From the NCBI GenBank assembly GCA_951406725.2, contig OX597821.1, forward strand, positions 55,924,001 to 55,988,000: a stretch of DNA of 64,000 nt. The letters are read 5' to 3'. Position numbers and translations under genes: made by a program. This document shows, in pieces, positions 38,773 to 52,955 of the stretch. How positions within the stretch are numbered: the first letter of the stretch is position 1; the number at the start of each line of letters is the position of its first letter. The notes beneath the pieces were generated by a model. The model had not been told where the DNA came from. It did not search any database and worked only from the letters and a program-made list of their open reading frames with translations. This DNA comes from Octopus vulgaris (Eukaryota).

Positions 38773-40059
38773 GTATGTCGTTTTGTTTTCCTTTCGTTGA
38801 ATTATTCTGTAAATTTTGAAATGTATTTAACTTAAATAGGTGTTCTTTTAATGAGACAGTGAAATCTCATTGTGTTATATGTTATTTGCTAGTAATATAT
38901 TTTTAACTTCATTGTTAACGTCACTAAATATTAGATAAGCTACATTGTTGTCGGTATACTAAATATAGTGTGGTGCTCTCCTCCACTAACCTTCGATTTT
39001 AATAATAATATAATTTCTAATAGAGGCGCAAGGCCAGGAATTTTATGAGAACTTACTACTCGACAATTACTTTGCTTTGTCGACTCCAGGAGGCTGGATG
39101 ACAGATGATCTTGCTGTGATTTTAAGTTAGATCGTAATGAGTGTAAATAAATAGTGCAAAGCATTTTGTTTGACACTAATTCTACTGGTAAAAATAATTT
39201 CTTTAATTTCCTTATTTTGTTACAAGCTAACTTTTGGAAATAACAACCAACATAAATATTTGGCGATCTTTCGTTTTAACTAGAAATCGCCACCAAATAT
39301 TTTATTTAATGTAAACATGTACTCTTGATAGGATATATACAGACTAGAAAAGGTCAGAAAGTGAAGGTGAATGATACATCGCAGCTTAGGAGCTGTATAG
39401 CTCAATAGTTAAGAAGTCCGCTTTGCAACAAATTCCTTCTGACTGATGAGCATGTAAACATGGAGATTAACCATTTAGCATTCAAACCGGCCATATCCAG
39501 CCAAAATATTCTACCTGTTTTATGCCAGTTCCAGCATCTCACACAAACCCTACAAAATCATTCAAAAAATAAACAATCATTTCATTGAAATTTAAAAGCA
39601 ATGAAATAATGGTTGATTAATTCAAAATAATGATGATGGGGTATTGCCTTTCCTCTCTGAGTTATAGAAAAAAGAAAAAAAATTGCTGCACAAAAAGCAT
39701 ATCATCCAAATGCAGCATAGATATGCATACATATCAAATATATATGTATTAAATATGCATGTTGAATGAGTATAAATGTTGATAACCCACAACTTGACTT
39801 GAGCAACAACGGTGAATAATGATAATATATTCCTTGTTAACATTTCAACTGGTTGTGCTGTGCTTTCAAAAACCTGTGGAATACAAAAAAGCATCCTTTA
39901 CTTAAAAACAGCTTAGGGTTGGTGACAGGTAGAGCATTCAGCTGTAAAATCCTGCCCTAAATACATCTCCACCCAACATTGCTAGAGTGAAGAAACAGGC
40001 TTTAAACTAATGAAGGTATATGTTTATGTCACTTTCTGAATATTTACATTTGGTGTCTT

Positions 40060-41880
40060 CATGAAACTGTTTGAGCAAAGGGTAAAAAATTAAGAATGCT
40101 GTTGCATTTACATTACCCTTTGATAAATCATCCTATAGTGTGTCAGAGAATAGAGATGTGTGTATGGTTGAATAATGGTATGCTTACATTTAGTGATTCT
40201 GAAAAGGAGGCATGGAAGAGCTACTATGAATGAATGAATGAATGAGAGAAAAGGAGTCTCTCTCTCATGTGAACCCTACACGGGAGCAGCTATCCCACTG
40301 CTCAGCAGTATGATGGATAAGCCAATTAAAGATATGTAAACAGAGAAAGTTCCTGATCTATCAGGAGTCACTGATGAGATGCTTGAACTATCTGGTAGAG
40401 TAGGATATAGTCTGGTCACCCACATAATTAATCGGGTTATTCAGGAAGGCATAACCCACTGTGACTGGTGTAGCAACATTATAGTCAGCTGCTTCGAGGG
40501 TAAAGGAGATGCTTTAGAAGTAATTATAGAGGCATGAAATTGCTGAACCTAGTGATGAAAGTTATGGAGAGAGTTAGGGCCCGGTTAATTAGGCAAATGC
40601 AGTTTGACTTTATGCCTGGAAGAAGCACTACTATTGTTATTTTCATAGTCAGTTAACTGCATGAGTAGGATTAAGCTAAGAATAAGCCATTATACTTAGC
40701 CTATTGATCTGGAGAAAGCCTTTAACAGACTACCTTACTCAGTGATATGGTAGTCTCTGAGGAAACTAGGGGTAGCTGAAGGGCTTGTGAAAGCAGTGCA
40801 GGCCATGTACAGGGGTACTGTTAATAAGGTAAAAGTTAACCATGAGCACAGTGATAAATTTAGTATACAAGTAGGTGATTACCAAGGCTTAGCCCTCATC
40901 CTCCTCCTGGCCATTGCAGTGGAATATAAGTCTGGCTCTCCATGGGAACTACTATATGCTGATGATCTTGCTGATGATAGGATCTTGCTGATGATAGCTG
41001 AATCTGTAATAGAACTAGAAAAGAAATTCCAGGTATGGAAGCAAAACCTAGAATTGAAGGGCTTTAAAGTTAACCTAGGAAAGGCCTAGGTCCTAGTAAG
41101 CCAGAAAATGAATCCTGCTTAATATGTAAGAAGGGTATAGGCAAGAATTTCATTTAGGGATACACAAGAGGTGCAGTAGGGAGGTTAACAAAGAAAGTGT
41201 TTGTAGTGAAAGATGCACAGGAGCCATGAAGAGTACAGATACACAAGAAATTGATTTTCTCAAATGCTCTGGAGGCTCTCTAGAGATATTGGATAATTTA
41301 TGCTACTTAGATAACCAAATTAGTTGTACAGGAGGATGTATCAAAAATGTAATTGCTAGAATAAGAATAGGTTGGAGGAAGTTTAGAGAGCTTTTACCAC
41401 TGTTGGTAACCAAAAGTCTATCTCCCCGAATGAAAGTAAGATTGTATGATGCATGTGTATGAACTGCAATGCTACATGATAGTGAGATGTGAGCACTGAA
41501 TGCAGAAGACATTCAAAGACTAGAGAGAAATGAAGTGAGTATGCTCTGAGGATGTGTAATGTCAGTGTATTTGCGCAACAAAGCACTGTTGTATTGAGAG
41601 AAAAGTCAAGCCTAAGAGGAAATAGATGTAGTGTGCATGAGAGAAAACTGCACTGGTTTGGTCATGTGATGTATTTGGGAGAGGACAGTTGCATAAAGAA
41701 GTACCAATCACTGAAAGTGGATGGAACTTGTGAAAGAGGGGAGATTCAGTAAGACATGGGAAGAAGTATTGAAGGCTGATTTCAGGGTGTTGGACCTTGT
41801 AAAGGAGTTGACAAAGGACCAAAATATCTGATGCCTTGCTATACTCAAAAAGATGTTTACCACAGCAAAACTGATATTTT
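40060..41880 (+). mobile_element. Old RTE LINE RT region
   Basis: KAVQAMY, PWELLYADDL and RIRIGWRKFRELLPLLVTK, with many stops. Confidence 0.9.
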
Positions 41881-42119
41881 AAAACCACTTTGGGAATGCT
41901 TGTCTATGAGGAGGCCTCACACCACCCCCACTTCCACCTGCTCTATTGCATCAACCATTTCCTTTTCTAACACCCATCACTTCTCTTCCACCTGAGAGCT
42001 GAATAGGCACATGTTACATTCTCTGGCTTCTTTAGTTGTCTTTCTTCCCCTCACCCCAAACCACTTCCATTTCTATTATCTTCTTCCACCTACTGTCTTG
42101 CCAGGAAGTGACCCGCACA

Positions 42120-42485
42120 CTTGGTTTCATGACCTTCTTCTGCAACACATATGGAATGAGACAAACAGGATCCAGTTATGAAACTGTATCAGACTGCTGC
42201 TGACATGGTTATAGTTTTGAGTGGTGCCTTCTCTAGCATGTCTATCTTGTGTAGCCCTATTCATCCACTGGTTCAAGCGCTGAGATCTGTTGTAATCATC
42301 ATCTACTTGTTTCACTGTTGGGTTCTTTGGTGGTTGGTCACACCTAGTGTGGGTCTGCGTCCTTGACCTTGCCCCCCCAAGGGTAGCTCTACCAGGAGTT
42401 TAGAACTCCCAACAGCATCACTCTCAAGAGTCATTGGTCCATGCAAACCCCTCCACAATAACAAGAAGTGACTATCAAGGGGGTT
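42120..42485 (-). mobile_element. Probable RTE/BovB-type 5' UTR relic
   Basis: Minus strand cacttcttgttattgtggagggtttgcatggaccaatgactcttgagagtgatgc...cctggtagagctaccc...aaggtcaag resembles RTE 5' ends as I recall them. Not aligned to a consensus. Confidence 0.45.
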
Positions 42486-42606
42486 AATGCAAATAATTTA
42501 TAAGAAATATGTTCTGGTTGAAGAAGAAAAATATGAATTTTTGTCATCTCTAAATTAAAATTTTATTTGTTTGTTTAGATCACTGAAAGACCAAAAAAAC
42601 AGCAAT

Positions 42607-42708
42607 ATGTGGTACGAAGTTATTCCTAGTTTTGGAATTGTTGTTGGTCTTCTGGCCATACCCAATTTAGCAAATTGTGTTCTTAACTGGACATTCAGAA
42701 GCAGAAAG
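42607..42708 (+). CDS. NDUFA1: NDUFA1 (complex I MWFE subunit) coding exon 1: MWYEVIPSFGIVVGLLAIPNLANCVLNWTFRSRK
   Basis: MW[F/Y]E N-terminus plus hydrophobic helix, 34 codons, then AAG|gtaatg. Upstream acceptor tttgtttag ends at 42578. Confidence 0.92.
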
Positions 42709-43544
42709 GTAATGCACAGAGATTAATTTCATTGTTTTTGTTTTTTCATTATCACTTTATTACGTTGTATTCAACATCCGCAGTTATTGAGTTCTATACT
42801 AAATTTGTGTCTCATCACAGCTACCACTTATATTTTGTCACATATAGAAGGAGACACAGCATAAATGCTGAACAAATACACATTACCATGTGATGAGGCT
42901 GGTCCATCCATAACAAGCCAACAGTTGGGTAAAAATAGACATTTTTGGCAGTATGAATATATTCAATAATTCAAAGCATCACCCTTTGTAAAATTCTATA
43001 TTCTCAGCAATTTCCTGGAAAGCCCTGTCTTTCATGTACCTAAAATTGAATGAATGCTATATGATGTATCAAATCTTGAAAAGATATAATTATGTTTGAA
43101 CTATATTCCAGTTTGGCATGGTTACTAGAATATTAGATCACAGTTAACTGCAAGGTTTAGTTGAGACCTTTTTTGTGGTTGCTCAATCTGCAAATAGAAG
43201 CTCTAATTTTACGCATATATATCAAAAGGATGTGTTATAACACTATTCCACATATATAGAAACAGCCATACCAACAATCCAACATATTTCCATCATCAGC
43301 TGCCCTACGCATATCCTTATGGTTCCAGCACCTGGGCAGTACCATTCAATCCGGCAGTGTCAACAGCACTAAAAAAAGGGCAGTTTGGGAACAAGCATAC
43401 CAAAAAGCAAAAGACACAACTTTCAAACACATTTACCCTATATACAACAGTATTCTATCAAATACAGACAGGATTAAATACCAGCTTTAAAATTGAACTA
43501 CAAGAAAGACATAAATCTGTGTACATCTCTATCAGTATTAATAG

Positions 43545-43930
43545 TGGATGGAAGCACTCTGTCGGTTACTACGACGAGAATTCGGTTGATCCGAATCAAC
43601 GGAACAGCCTGCTCGTGAAATTAACATGTAAGTGGCTGAGCACTCCACAGACACGTGTACCCTTAACGTAGTTCTCGAGGATATTCAGCGTGACACAGAG
43701 AGTGACAAGGCCAGCCCTTTGAAATACAGGTACAACAGAAACAGGAAGTAAGAGTGAGAGAAAGTTGTGGTGAAAGAGTACAGCAGGGATCACCACCATC
43801 CCCTGCCGGGGCCTCATGGAGCTTTTAGGTGTTTTCGCTCAATAAACACTCAACGCCCGGTCTGGGAATCGAAACCGCGATCCTATGACCGCTAGTCCGC
43901 TGCCCTAACCACTGGGCCATTGCGCCTCCA
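43545..43930 (-). mobile_element. tRNA-derived SINE (family B)
   Basis: Minus-strand head GGAGGCGCAATGGCCCAGTGGTTAGGGCAGCGGAC...GGTTTCGATTCCC. Confidence 0.88.
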
Positions 43931-44437
43931 CAAGTATTAATAGTAAATCTACAATAACTAAATTATATACTAAATACCAACCAATCTTTAAGTCCATACA
44001 AATATCAACACCAACCACTCTGAGAGTGTAGTGGGTGCTTTTTATGTGTCACCAGGATTAGAGCCAGTCAGGTGGCACTGGCATCGACCACGCTTGAATG
44101 GTTACTACTCTAATAACAGAAAGTGAAAGCTTTATTTCAATTCCCTCAAAAACAAAAACACTATTGAATTTAATGAATAATATAATTATGAGTGAAATAC
44201 ATTATTTCATAATTCAAAAAGTTAATAATAAAAACACAACATATATATATATATATATATATATTACCCTGACAAGCTATGATGTAAACTTAACAGTAAC
44301 TTATAAAATCAATAAATTCATAAATAAGAACTAGTATAAGTATACTTGTAATTAAAACTATTATTATAAAACTTTGCTACGATTAAAGCTAAATTAAAAC
44401 TTTTTAAAAGATAATAAAACTACATAGTATTAACATA

Positions 44438-44641
44438 TACTCTTTTACTTGTTTCAGTCATTTTGACTGCGGCCATACTGGAGCACCGCCTTTAGTCGGG
44501 CAAATCGACCCCGGGACTTATTCTTTGTAAGCCCAGTGCTTATTCTATCGGTCTCTTTTGCCGAACCGCTAAGTGACGGGGACGTAAACACACCCGCATC
44601 GGTTGTCAAGCAATGCTAGGGGGACAAACACAGACACACAA

Positions 44642-44714
<73 letters not shown>

Positions 44715-44882
44715 TATATACGACAGGCTTCTTTCAGTTTCCGTCTACCAAATCCACTCACAAGGCATTGGTCGGCCCGGGGCTATAGCAGAAGACACTT
44801 GCCCAAGATGCCACACAGTGGGACTGAACCCGGAACCATGTGGTTGGTTAGCAAGCTACTTACCACACAGCCACTCCTGCGC
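44438..44882 (-). mobile_element. Young family A SINE
   Basis: Reverse complement of 33109-33517 with an expanded internal (TA)n. Confidence 0.92.
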
Positions 44883-45017
44883 ATGTTTTTTCAAACCACA
44901 TGGTCCATCACTTCCAGAACTTAAAAGATTATCTTAACTATAGGTGATGTAGTACATAATTACTATTTCCTCAACTGTCTCAAACAATATTAGTGACGTA
45001 GTAAGCAAATATATATA

Positions 45018-45780
45018 TCATCATCATCATCGTTTAACGTCCACTTTCCATGCTAGCATGGGTTGAACGATTTGACTGAGGTCTGGCGAACCAGATGGCT
45101 GCACCAGACTCCAATCTGATCTGACAGAGTTTCTACAGCTGGATTTCCCTTCCTAATGCCAACCACTCTGAGAGTGTAGTGGGTGCTTTTACATGCCACC
45201 AGCACGAGGGCCAGTCAGACGGTACTGGCTATGGCCATATATATATATATCATTATCGTCATCATCATCATCATCATCCATTAATGTCTGCCTTCCATTC
45301 TGGCATGGGTTGGACAGTTTGACTGAGGACTGGCAAGCCAGGCAGCTGCACCAGGTTCCAGTCTGATCTAGCAAGGTTTCTTACAGTTGAATGCCCTTCC
45401 TAATGCCAACCACTCCAAGAGTGTAGTGGGTGGTTTTTACATGTCACTGGGATAGGAGCCAGTCAGGTGGCACTGGCATTGACCACACTTGAATGGTGCT
45501 TTTGTGTGCCGCCAGTCAGGCAGTACTGGCATTGGTCACACTCAAATGGTGCTTTTTACATGCCACCTGCATGGAAACCAATTAGGCGACACTGTCATTG
45601 ACCACGCTCGAATGATGCTCTTTACATGACACCAGCATGGGTGCCAGTCCGGCGATACTGGTATCAGTCATGCTCAAATGGAACTTTTTTACGTGCCACC
45701 TGCACAGGTGCCAGTCAGGCGGCACTGGCATCAGCGATACTTGAATGGTACTTTTTACATGCCACCAGTATGGGCACTGT
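45018..45780 (-). mobile_element. Two tandem RTE 3'-UTR fragments
   Basis: (CAT)n tails at 45018 and 45250, and repeated gccagtcagg..g.actggcat units. Confidence 0.85.
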
Positions 45781-48032
45781 TTAAAAAACTGGAAGAATGA
45801 GAAACTTATGCAAATTACTCAGTAACATAGAATGGAGATAATTATTTAAACTAATTATGTTTCATTCATCATAGAATTTGTTGAGTGCTCTCAGATGAAT
45901 TTGAAAATGAATGAAACATGACTGATACCAAGTTATAGATGATTTCCTGTGATATTCTAGAGCAAGGATTCACCCATTTTTTATCTGTGAACCCCTTTGA
46001 TTTACTGTGTGGACCCCACTAGCCATGCGATGTTTAGAAATTAGTCTTAAAGAAGCTTCTTTCAAAATTTGTTGTTTGTTTTTCACACATTCACTTGTGT
46101 AGGTTCAACTATGTAAAATGTTATAGAAAGAAACCTTTTTATTGCAATACACACCAGTACATACATCTAAAGCAAATTTTTTCAGAGGCCCTTACAATAT
46201 TATTGCGTACCTCCAATTTACTATTTTGTTGCATAGACCTCCAAAAATCTTATATGGTTCCCTGTTGAGAACCATTGTTCTAGAGGAATCATTTACAGGA
46301 TTTAGGGACAAGAATATATTTGTGTTTGTTCCTGTTACTTTTCCCAAGCCTCTAGATGAACTTGACCTTTTTACAACAAACTAATGAAGTATGCTTATCA
46401 TACTAATACACCTGCATGTTGTTTATACACCTGTCTTCGTTTTTCGTTTTTCTGTAAATTCTTCTACAATGTTAAGCGCCATCTCTGTCATGGTTCTTAT
46501 TTGATGTTAAGTGCACTGTTCTCGAAAAAGTAAAGTATCTTCATTATAGATGTTGTACTTATTAATGATAGGACACAAACCAACTCTTCGCCAGTAGTTT
46601 AAATATTAAATCATTAAAAGATTTAATTATATTTAAACCATATTACAGTCTGGGGTGGTCATTGGAATATTAGCTAACAGTTAAATGTAAGATTTATGTG
46701 AGAGCTTCTCTGTGGTTGCTTGTTCAGCAGAAAGCTACCAAATCTTACTCAAATACATAATACTTGAGTGCATGATAGTGTAGACTTGGCACTAAGCACC
46801 TTTTCTGTCAGTCATTTTACCATAAAATATAGAGAAGGCTATATCATTCCATTAGTTTAAATATCACTTGGAAGTTATAATGTTGTTTTTGAAAACTGAC
46901 AAGTTATGAACTTTTTTTTCTTTGTAGCTAATTGTCTTAAATGACTGAACTGATAGATATCCTTCTGTTCTGGTGCCATTGTTAGAAAATAAACATTAGT
47001 TGTGAGCCCTTGCTACTGCAATCTCCATTGAGACAACCCTGCAATTTACACGTGAATTTGAATTACTATAACTGCCCCATAGATATCTTGAGAAGAGTGC
47101 ATAACATTGGTTTCATGATGTTTTGTGGAAGAGAGATAAGCCTTGACCTCAATAGGATACCTATCTGCATTATATAACATTACCAGATTAGTTACATATT
47201 TCCATCAGTCAAGTTAAACTGGAATACATTTAGTGTTATAGCCCAGAAATACATGAGCACTACATGTCCTAGTTGGTATAGTATTGGTGCAAAAAGATAT
47301 GACATAGAAACACAGTAGAAAAAAAAACAATGTATTAGGTTAACACTCAGGAAATAGGAAAAAGAAAATATCTTTTATTCTTCTTAGAAAAAATGGAGAA
47401 GGAAAATAGAAAAAAAGAACACATGAATATAACTGTTGCAGCATGATACATTTGTTGGACTATTAACTGAGAGACAAACCAGTGAGGGAGCTTTTATGTG
47501 ATCACTTGATATTCTAAAAATAGCACCCCAGTCACTTTCAGATCATATTCCCATTCTTAAAAGTAGGCACTGAATATGTAATCCCTGATACATTTTCCAT
47601 GGAGAAAAGATGAGAAGGTCTTGGTTAGAATGTCAAGTCCATCTCCTTTCTTGATTAAAGATCTGGATTAGTATTGACTTGGGAAGTAAACCACAGAAGC
47701 CAGCTGAGAGATCAGTAACTTCTGTCTTGTAATGTGCTCAGGATTTTTAATTCATTGTGGTTTGTGATTGGAAGAGACATCCATCCATGGGAACCATGTC
47801 AGAAATGAACCATATAAGTGAGGTGTAGTCCTCTGACCTATCTAAAAGAGTAGTAACTCCAAATGAGAACTGATTTACACTGTGATGACGTTTTTCAACT
47901 TTACCAGCATACAAAGGGGAGATATGATTATGAAGGTGACTTCAAAGATAAAGTATATTAGTTTGGCATTGTAACTGAGGTGAGTTACATCTCTTGATGA
48001 TTTCATTCTTGTCATATTTTATATATTTGCAG

Positions 48033-48122
48033 GTTCATTGTCGAGACTGGGATGCATCACAATTAGACTATATGCTCTACTTAAGGGACAGAACAATCAC
48101 TGGCAGTGAATATAAACCCAGG
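48033..48122 (+). CDS. NDUFA1: NDUFA1 coding exon 2: VHCRDWDASQLDYMLYLRDRTITGSEYKPR
   Basis: Acceptor tttgcag and donor AGG|gtaaat. RDRTITG..Y matches the conserved RD.RISG..Y motif. Confidence 0.92.
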
Positions 48123-48274
48123 GTAAATTATATTATTTATATTCTTAGCTGTTTTGCTAAAAGTTAACAAGATGCTCAAGAAATTTGTGTTCTATAACTC
48201 CTATCAGATACGTGTTGTGAAATGAAACAATAAAGTTATAAATGTAATTATGTGATGCTTTAAGGATATAAATA

Positions 48275-49501
48275 TCAGGCTGAGTAAAAAGTAAGCAATG
48301 TTTTGAAACATGAAATTCATCACTATATATTTCAACAATGCAGAAATTTTATTCATCAAAGTAAGTACCATTACAATCAACACATTTTTGCCAACAGTTA
48401 CAAGTTCATTTATTCCGGTAACCTAAAAATCTGGAGTTCTGGAGCTGATGAACTCTTTCAATGCACTTTCAGCATTTGATTTTTGTACTCCTTCTCTAAT
48501 AGGAAACCATCAAGGTGATTGAAAAAGTGGTAGTCGGTAGGAGAAAGGTCTGGGGAATAAGCTGGGTGGGGAAGGACTTCATAACCAAGTTCCCTCAACT
48601 TCTGGAGCATCATTAGTGAAGCATGTGGTCAAACATTGTCAGGAAAAATGATTGGCCCTCTTCTGTTGACCAGTCTGAGATGGAGGAGTAGCAGTTTTTC
48701 ATTCATTTTTGCAATTTCCTGGCAATATGTTTCTTCAGTAATGGTTTTTCTGGTTTTTAAGAAGTTATAGTGGATGAGTACACCAAAACAGTCACCATAT
48801 CTTTCTTTTTGAAGCGCTCACGTTTAGGGAAGGTTTTCGGTACTTCATTTTGCTCCGACCAGTAAAAAGAACATTTTTTATTATTGTACAGAATCCACTT
48901 TTCATCACAAGTTACAATACGATCAAGAAATGGATCAGTCTAGTTACGGAGAAGAAGCAAAGAGCAAATTTCATATCTGCACATTTTCTGATTTCCATTC
49001 AAATCATGTGATACTCATTTGTCGAGCTTTTTTGATTCTCCAATCACATACAAATGGTCACAGGCAGTTTACCGGCTTTGCCAGTTCTCGAGTGGTTTAA
49101 TTGACCGTCATCGATGACAGATGGATGTCTACTATGCTCACAATTTTCAAGGCTCAGGTATCCACTGCGAAATCATTTAAATTATTTTCAATCTGACCAC
49201 TCACTGGTCATTTCCTCACCAGACATTGCATTGATATCGTGAGCAGTTTCAGCTGCTTTACGTCCTTTTTTGAAGTTAAATAGCAAACTTGCTCGAATGT
49301 CGTGCTTTGTCAGTTCCATTTCAGATGATTGTAGCAACAGTGAAAAAATATCAATGTTAATTTACTGATGTATTTGGCCAAGTCTATGTCTGTATTATCA
49401 GACAATTGCAAAAATATGTTTAAAAAAATTTCAAAACCCTGCAAAATTCCAGTACAAATTCTTCATGCTCCAAAACGTTGCTTACCTTTTACTCAACTTG
49501 A
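48275..49501 (-). mobile_element. Full-length decayed mariner
   Basis: TIRs tcaggctgagtaaaaagtaagcaatgttttg / caaaacgttgcttacctttt...actcaacttga. Motifs IVTCDEKWILYNN and HPAYSPDLSPTDYHFF. Confidence 0.92.
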
Positions 49502-51949
49502 TGAAAGCAGAGAAATCTAGTTATATATAGATATATATATATCATTTGACACTTAAGTACAGGAATTCCCTGCTTTATGGAAGTGATGTGTTTTTCAAAA
49601 TCGTGCCATAAAGCAAAATTTTGTAATACAAAATAAATTTCCCATTAATTTCCATGTTGCAAAGTGATAATGTATTACAGATTTATTTTCACAACAACAA
49701 AGGAGTAAACAAGCAACACAGGCATTTTCATGCATGAAAATAATAATTTCTAAATATACACAAAAACATTTGAAGAGAAATGTGTTGGGGAATAAGTAAG
49801 AATCATAACATCATAACAGGCTATGTTCTTACCACAAAAGATGTTAAAACCATAGTGTGAGGGATGGTAGTGGTGGTGGTGGTGTAATAAGACTAACGGG
49901 AGAATGAAAGATTCTATTTTTATCATCATCACTCAACTACATCAGAGGCAAAGAACTTATTCAAAATTGTTTAATGTTTATGGTACATCATCTCTTTTTA
50001 CAGCTCAGTGTAGGAACTAAGGTCATTGTAAACTTGTGCTTTAGTGTTGTTATCAGCAAAAACTTGCAGAACTTCCTCTATAAGTGCCAGCCTTGCCACA
50101 GTATTCTTTGCAGTCAATTTCAGTGGAGTTGGTGGATTTTCTGTATTCTCATCATTCTCTTGTTTTAATTGCATCAATTCCTCTTAAGATAAACCTTCTC
50201 TATGGTTCCCAGGAACTCAACCACATCTCCTCTATATATGACCTTTTCAAATCCTACAAGTTGAACTTTTGGCTGTAGGTTTATCTTCTTTATGGATTGC
50301 TTTCAAGATCATATGCCTTGGAGTTAGGTATCACACATTGTGCCATTAATATATATATATAATTTACACATGCATACACATACACAAAAATACACACATG
50401 CACAAACTGCATGAATATGTAAATTATTTATGTAAATATAAATAAATTTAGTGGTTGATTTCCTACTACTGGTGCTGCATTTGTCAGACTACTAATCTTT
50501 TAAATAGCTTCTTCTGCTGAATCAGAAATAAGTACCATAGGTAATTGTAGTTCACTACTGTAAGCAGTGGGTCACTGTAATGTTGATCTTGAAATGGATA
50601 TAACTGGGATGTGCTTCTTTACATTGTATAAAAAGCAGTCTTTGGTAGTTCCTCTAAAGAGACGCATAAATTATAGGATATGAACACATGTTTGAATGTT
50701 CGGAATATATATAGCTTATAAAGGATCAGATCTGAATACATGTATGATATATATATATATATATATATGTGAGCACATGCATTTAAACATATTTACACAT
50801 GCTCACATACACACAGACACAGGCACACACAGCATAACTGAAATACAAGCTAATTCATTCTGTGTCTATTGATGTGAGTGATAATTTGGTATGTGGTATT
50901 AAAGCCAGCAAGATAAAAGAGAATTATAGGTCAGTCAGAAGTAGAAGTGCAGCACCTTTGGCCATTGCAGAGTTTCCAAGCCGAGTGTGAGAAAGGAAGA
51001 AAGACTAGCTTTGCATGTTTGTAACAGACTTGATGCTGTTAAAGGCACTCAAGGTCCAGGTATGGTCAATAGATGCAGTGATTTGTGAACAAAGGTTTTG
51101 TTCTTACATCATAAATATCTATAAAGCTGAAATGCGAAAAAGTTGCTTGATTTCTTGATTATTTGTCTCATTTTGGGATGTGAGCGGTTTAAGGGGCGGT
51201 AGATGGAGTCGGATTGGTACCCAAATTTACGCGGGGGGGGGGGTAAATGGGCTGGGCATTGGTGTGAGGAAGGTTGCAAGTTGCTCAGGGCTACTGTCTG
51301 GTTGCCATGGTGAGGAATATGGAAAAAATTGAGATTTATGGAATAGACAGGTTGCACTGTTTGAATAATGGTGGCTTTTCATATAGCTGCAGGGGCTAGA
51401 GGCGGTTATCTTTAATTGTGGGTGTAAAAATTTGGGGGACTTTGGAAAGCAGAGTAAAGAAGAGGGCAATAAAAAGAATCAAGCAAAGGAGAAGAACAAA
51501 AGAAGAAAGGGAAAAGGAGACAACACGCACAAAACAACACCACCACCAAAACCCGAGCAAAGCACGGGTCAAAATAGCTAGTCTGTATATAAATCCAAGC
51601 AATTATGTTTGATTCTTTCCTTAATCAAATGTTTGTCTTAGTATATAATAAAGCATATGTTTTATCTAAAGGGTAATACAATAAATATTAATACTTGATT
51701 AGCTACTTACAAATATTGAAACAGGGAACTTGGATGATAAAAAAAATGGACTTGACAAGGTTATATAAAAATTAGGGGAGAGGTGAAAATGTACATGTTA
51801 AAATTTTATGAATAAATTATAAAGATTTTACCACATCCAAAACTATTTCATAAAAGATTCCTCTCTGATCGTACAATTGAGAGTACTTTGTGACAATTTC
51901 TAGATGAAACAGTTACTAGATATTTAGCATCAACATATTAAGGGTACAG

Positions 51950-52268
51950 TGAAGGTGCATGGCTTAGTGCTTAGGGTATTTGGCTCACAATCATAAGATT
52001 GTGAGTTTGATTCCCAGCAGCACATTGTGTCCTTGAGCAAGACACTTTATTTCGTGTTGCTCCAGTCCACTCATCTGGCAAAAATGAGTTGTACATATTA
52101 TTGAAAGGGCCAGCCTTGTCAGACACTGTGTCATGCTGAATCTCTTTGAGAGCTATGTTAAGGGTACCTGTGTCTGAAATGCTCAGCCACTTACATGTCA
52201 GTGTCATGAGCTGGTTGTTCTGTTGATCGAATCAACTAGAACACTTGTTGTGATTGATGGAGTGCCAA
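51950..52268 (+). mobile_element. tRNA-derived SINE (family B-related, older)
   Basis: gaaggtgcatggcttagtgcttaggg...gagtttgattccc head; body similar to the reverse complement of 43545-43720. Confidence 0.75.
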
Positions 52269-52340
52269 TGATTAAGTACTTGAACTATTAAAAAACTAAC
52301 TAAAAATAGATATTTAGCAAGAAAAGCAAATTATTAGATA

Positions 52341-52573
52341 TATTTCTTTACTGCCCACAAGGGGCTAAACACAGAGAGGACAAACGAGGACAGCCAAAGG
52401 TTTAAGTCGATTACATCGATCCCAGTGCGAAACTGGTACTGTATTTATCGACCCCGAAAGGTTGCAAGGCAAAGTCGACCTCGGTGGAATTTGAACTCAG
52501 AGCGTAGCGGCAGACGAAATATACGGCTACGCATTTTGCCTGGTGTGCTAACGTTTCTGCCAGCTCGCCGCCT
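52341..52573 (-). mobile_element. tRNA-derived SINE (family C)
   Basis: Copy of 11322-11548. Confidence 0.88.
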
Positions 52574-52660
52574 AGATATACGATTTAATTTCCCCATTCT
52601 TTTATTTTGTTTTGTAATTTACTATGTTTTAAAATCGTCTTTTCTTTCTTCCTTTTTCAG

Positions 52661-52717
52661 GGTCTGGAATCTATTCCCAAGATTGAAGAATGTCATGCTA
52701 CTTCAGAAGAATCTTAG
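52661..52717 (+). CDS. NDUFA1: NDUFA1 coding exon 3: GLESIPKIEECHATSEES*
   Basis: Strong polypyrimidine acceptor cttcctttttcag. GLE.I matches the conserved GLENI. TAG at 52715-52717. Confidence 0.9.
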   Translation, partial: GLESIPKIEECHATSEES

Positions 52718-52955
52718 TTATACTTCACTAAATGTAATAGAATTTTGCTTTAATGGAGTAAATATTTATATTCACATACATTGTTCATTGTCATTATTGT
52801 TCAAAATTAATTTCATCTTTGTTAATGTGATTGGGCACTTTCCAAATCTTGCTTTGCAGAATTATTTTTAAAGCTGGATACTTCCATGTGAAGAGGCTGG
52901 TTTGTCTGTCAATGATGCTTAGGCAGAGTTATCTCCCTTGTTTTTATGTTACTAC

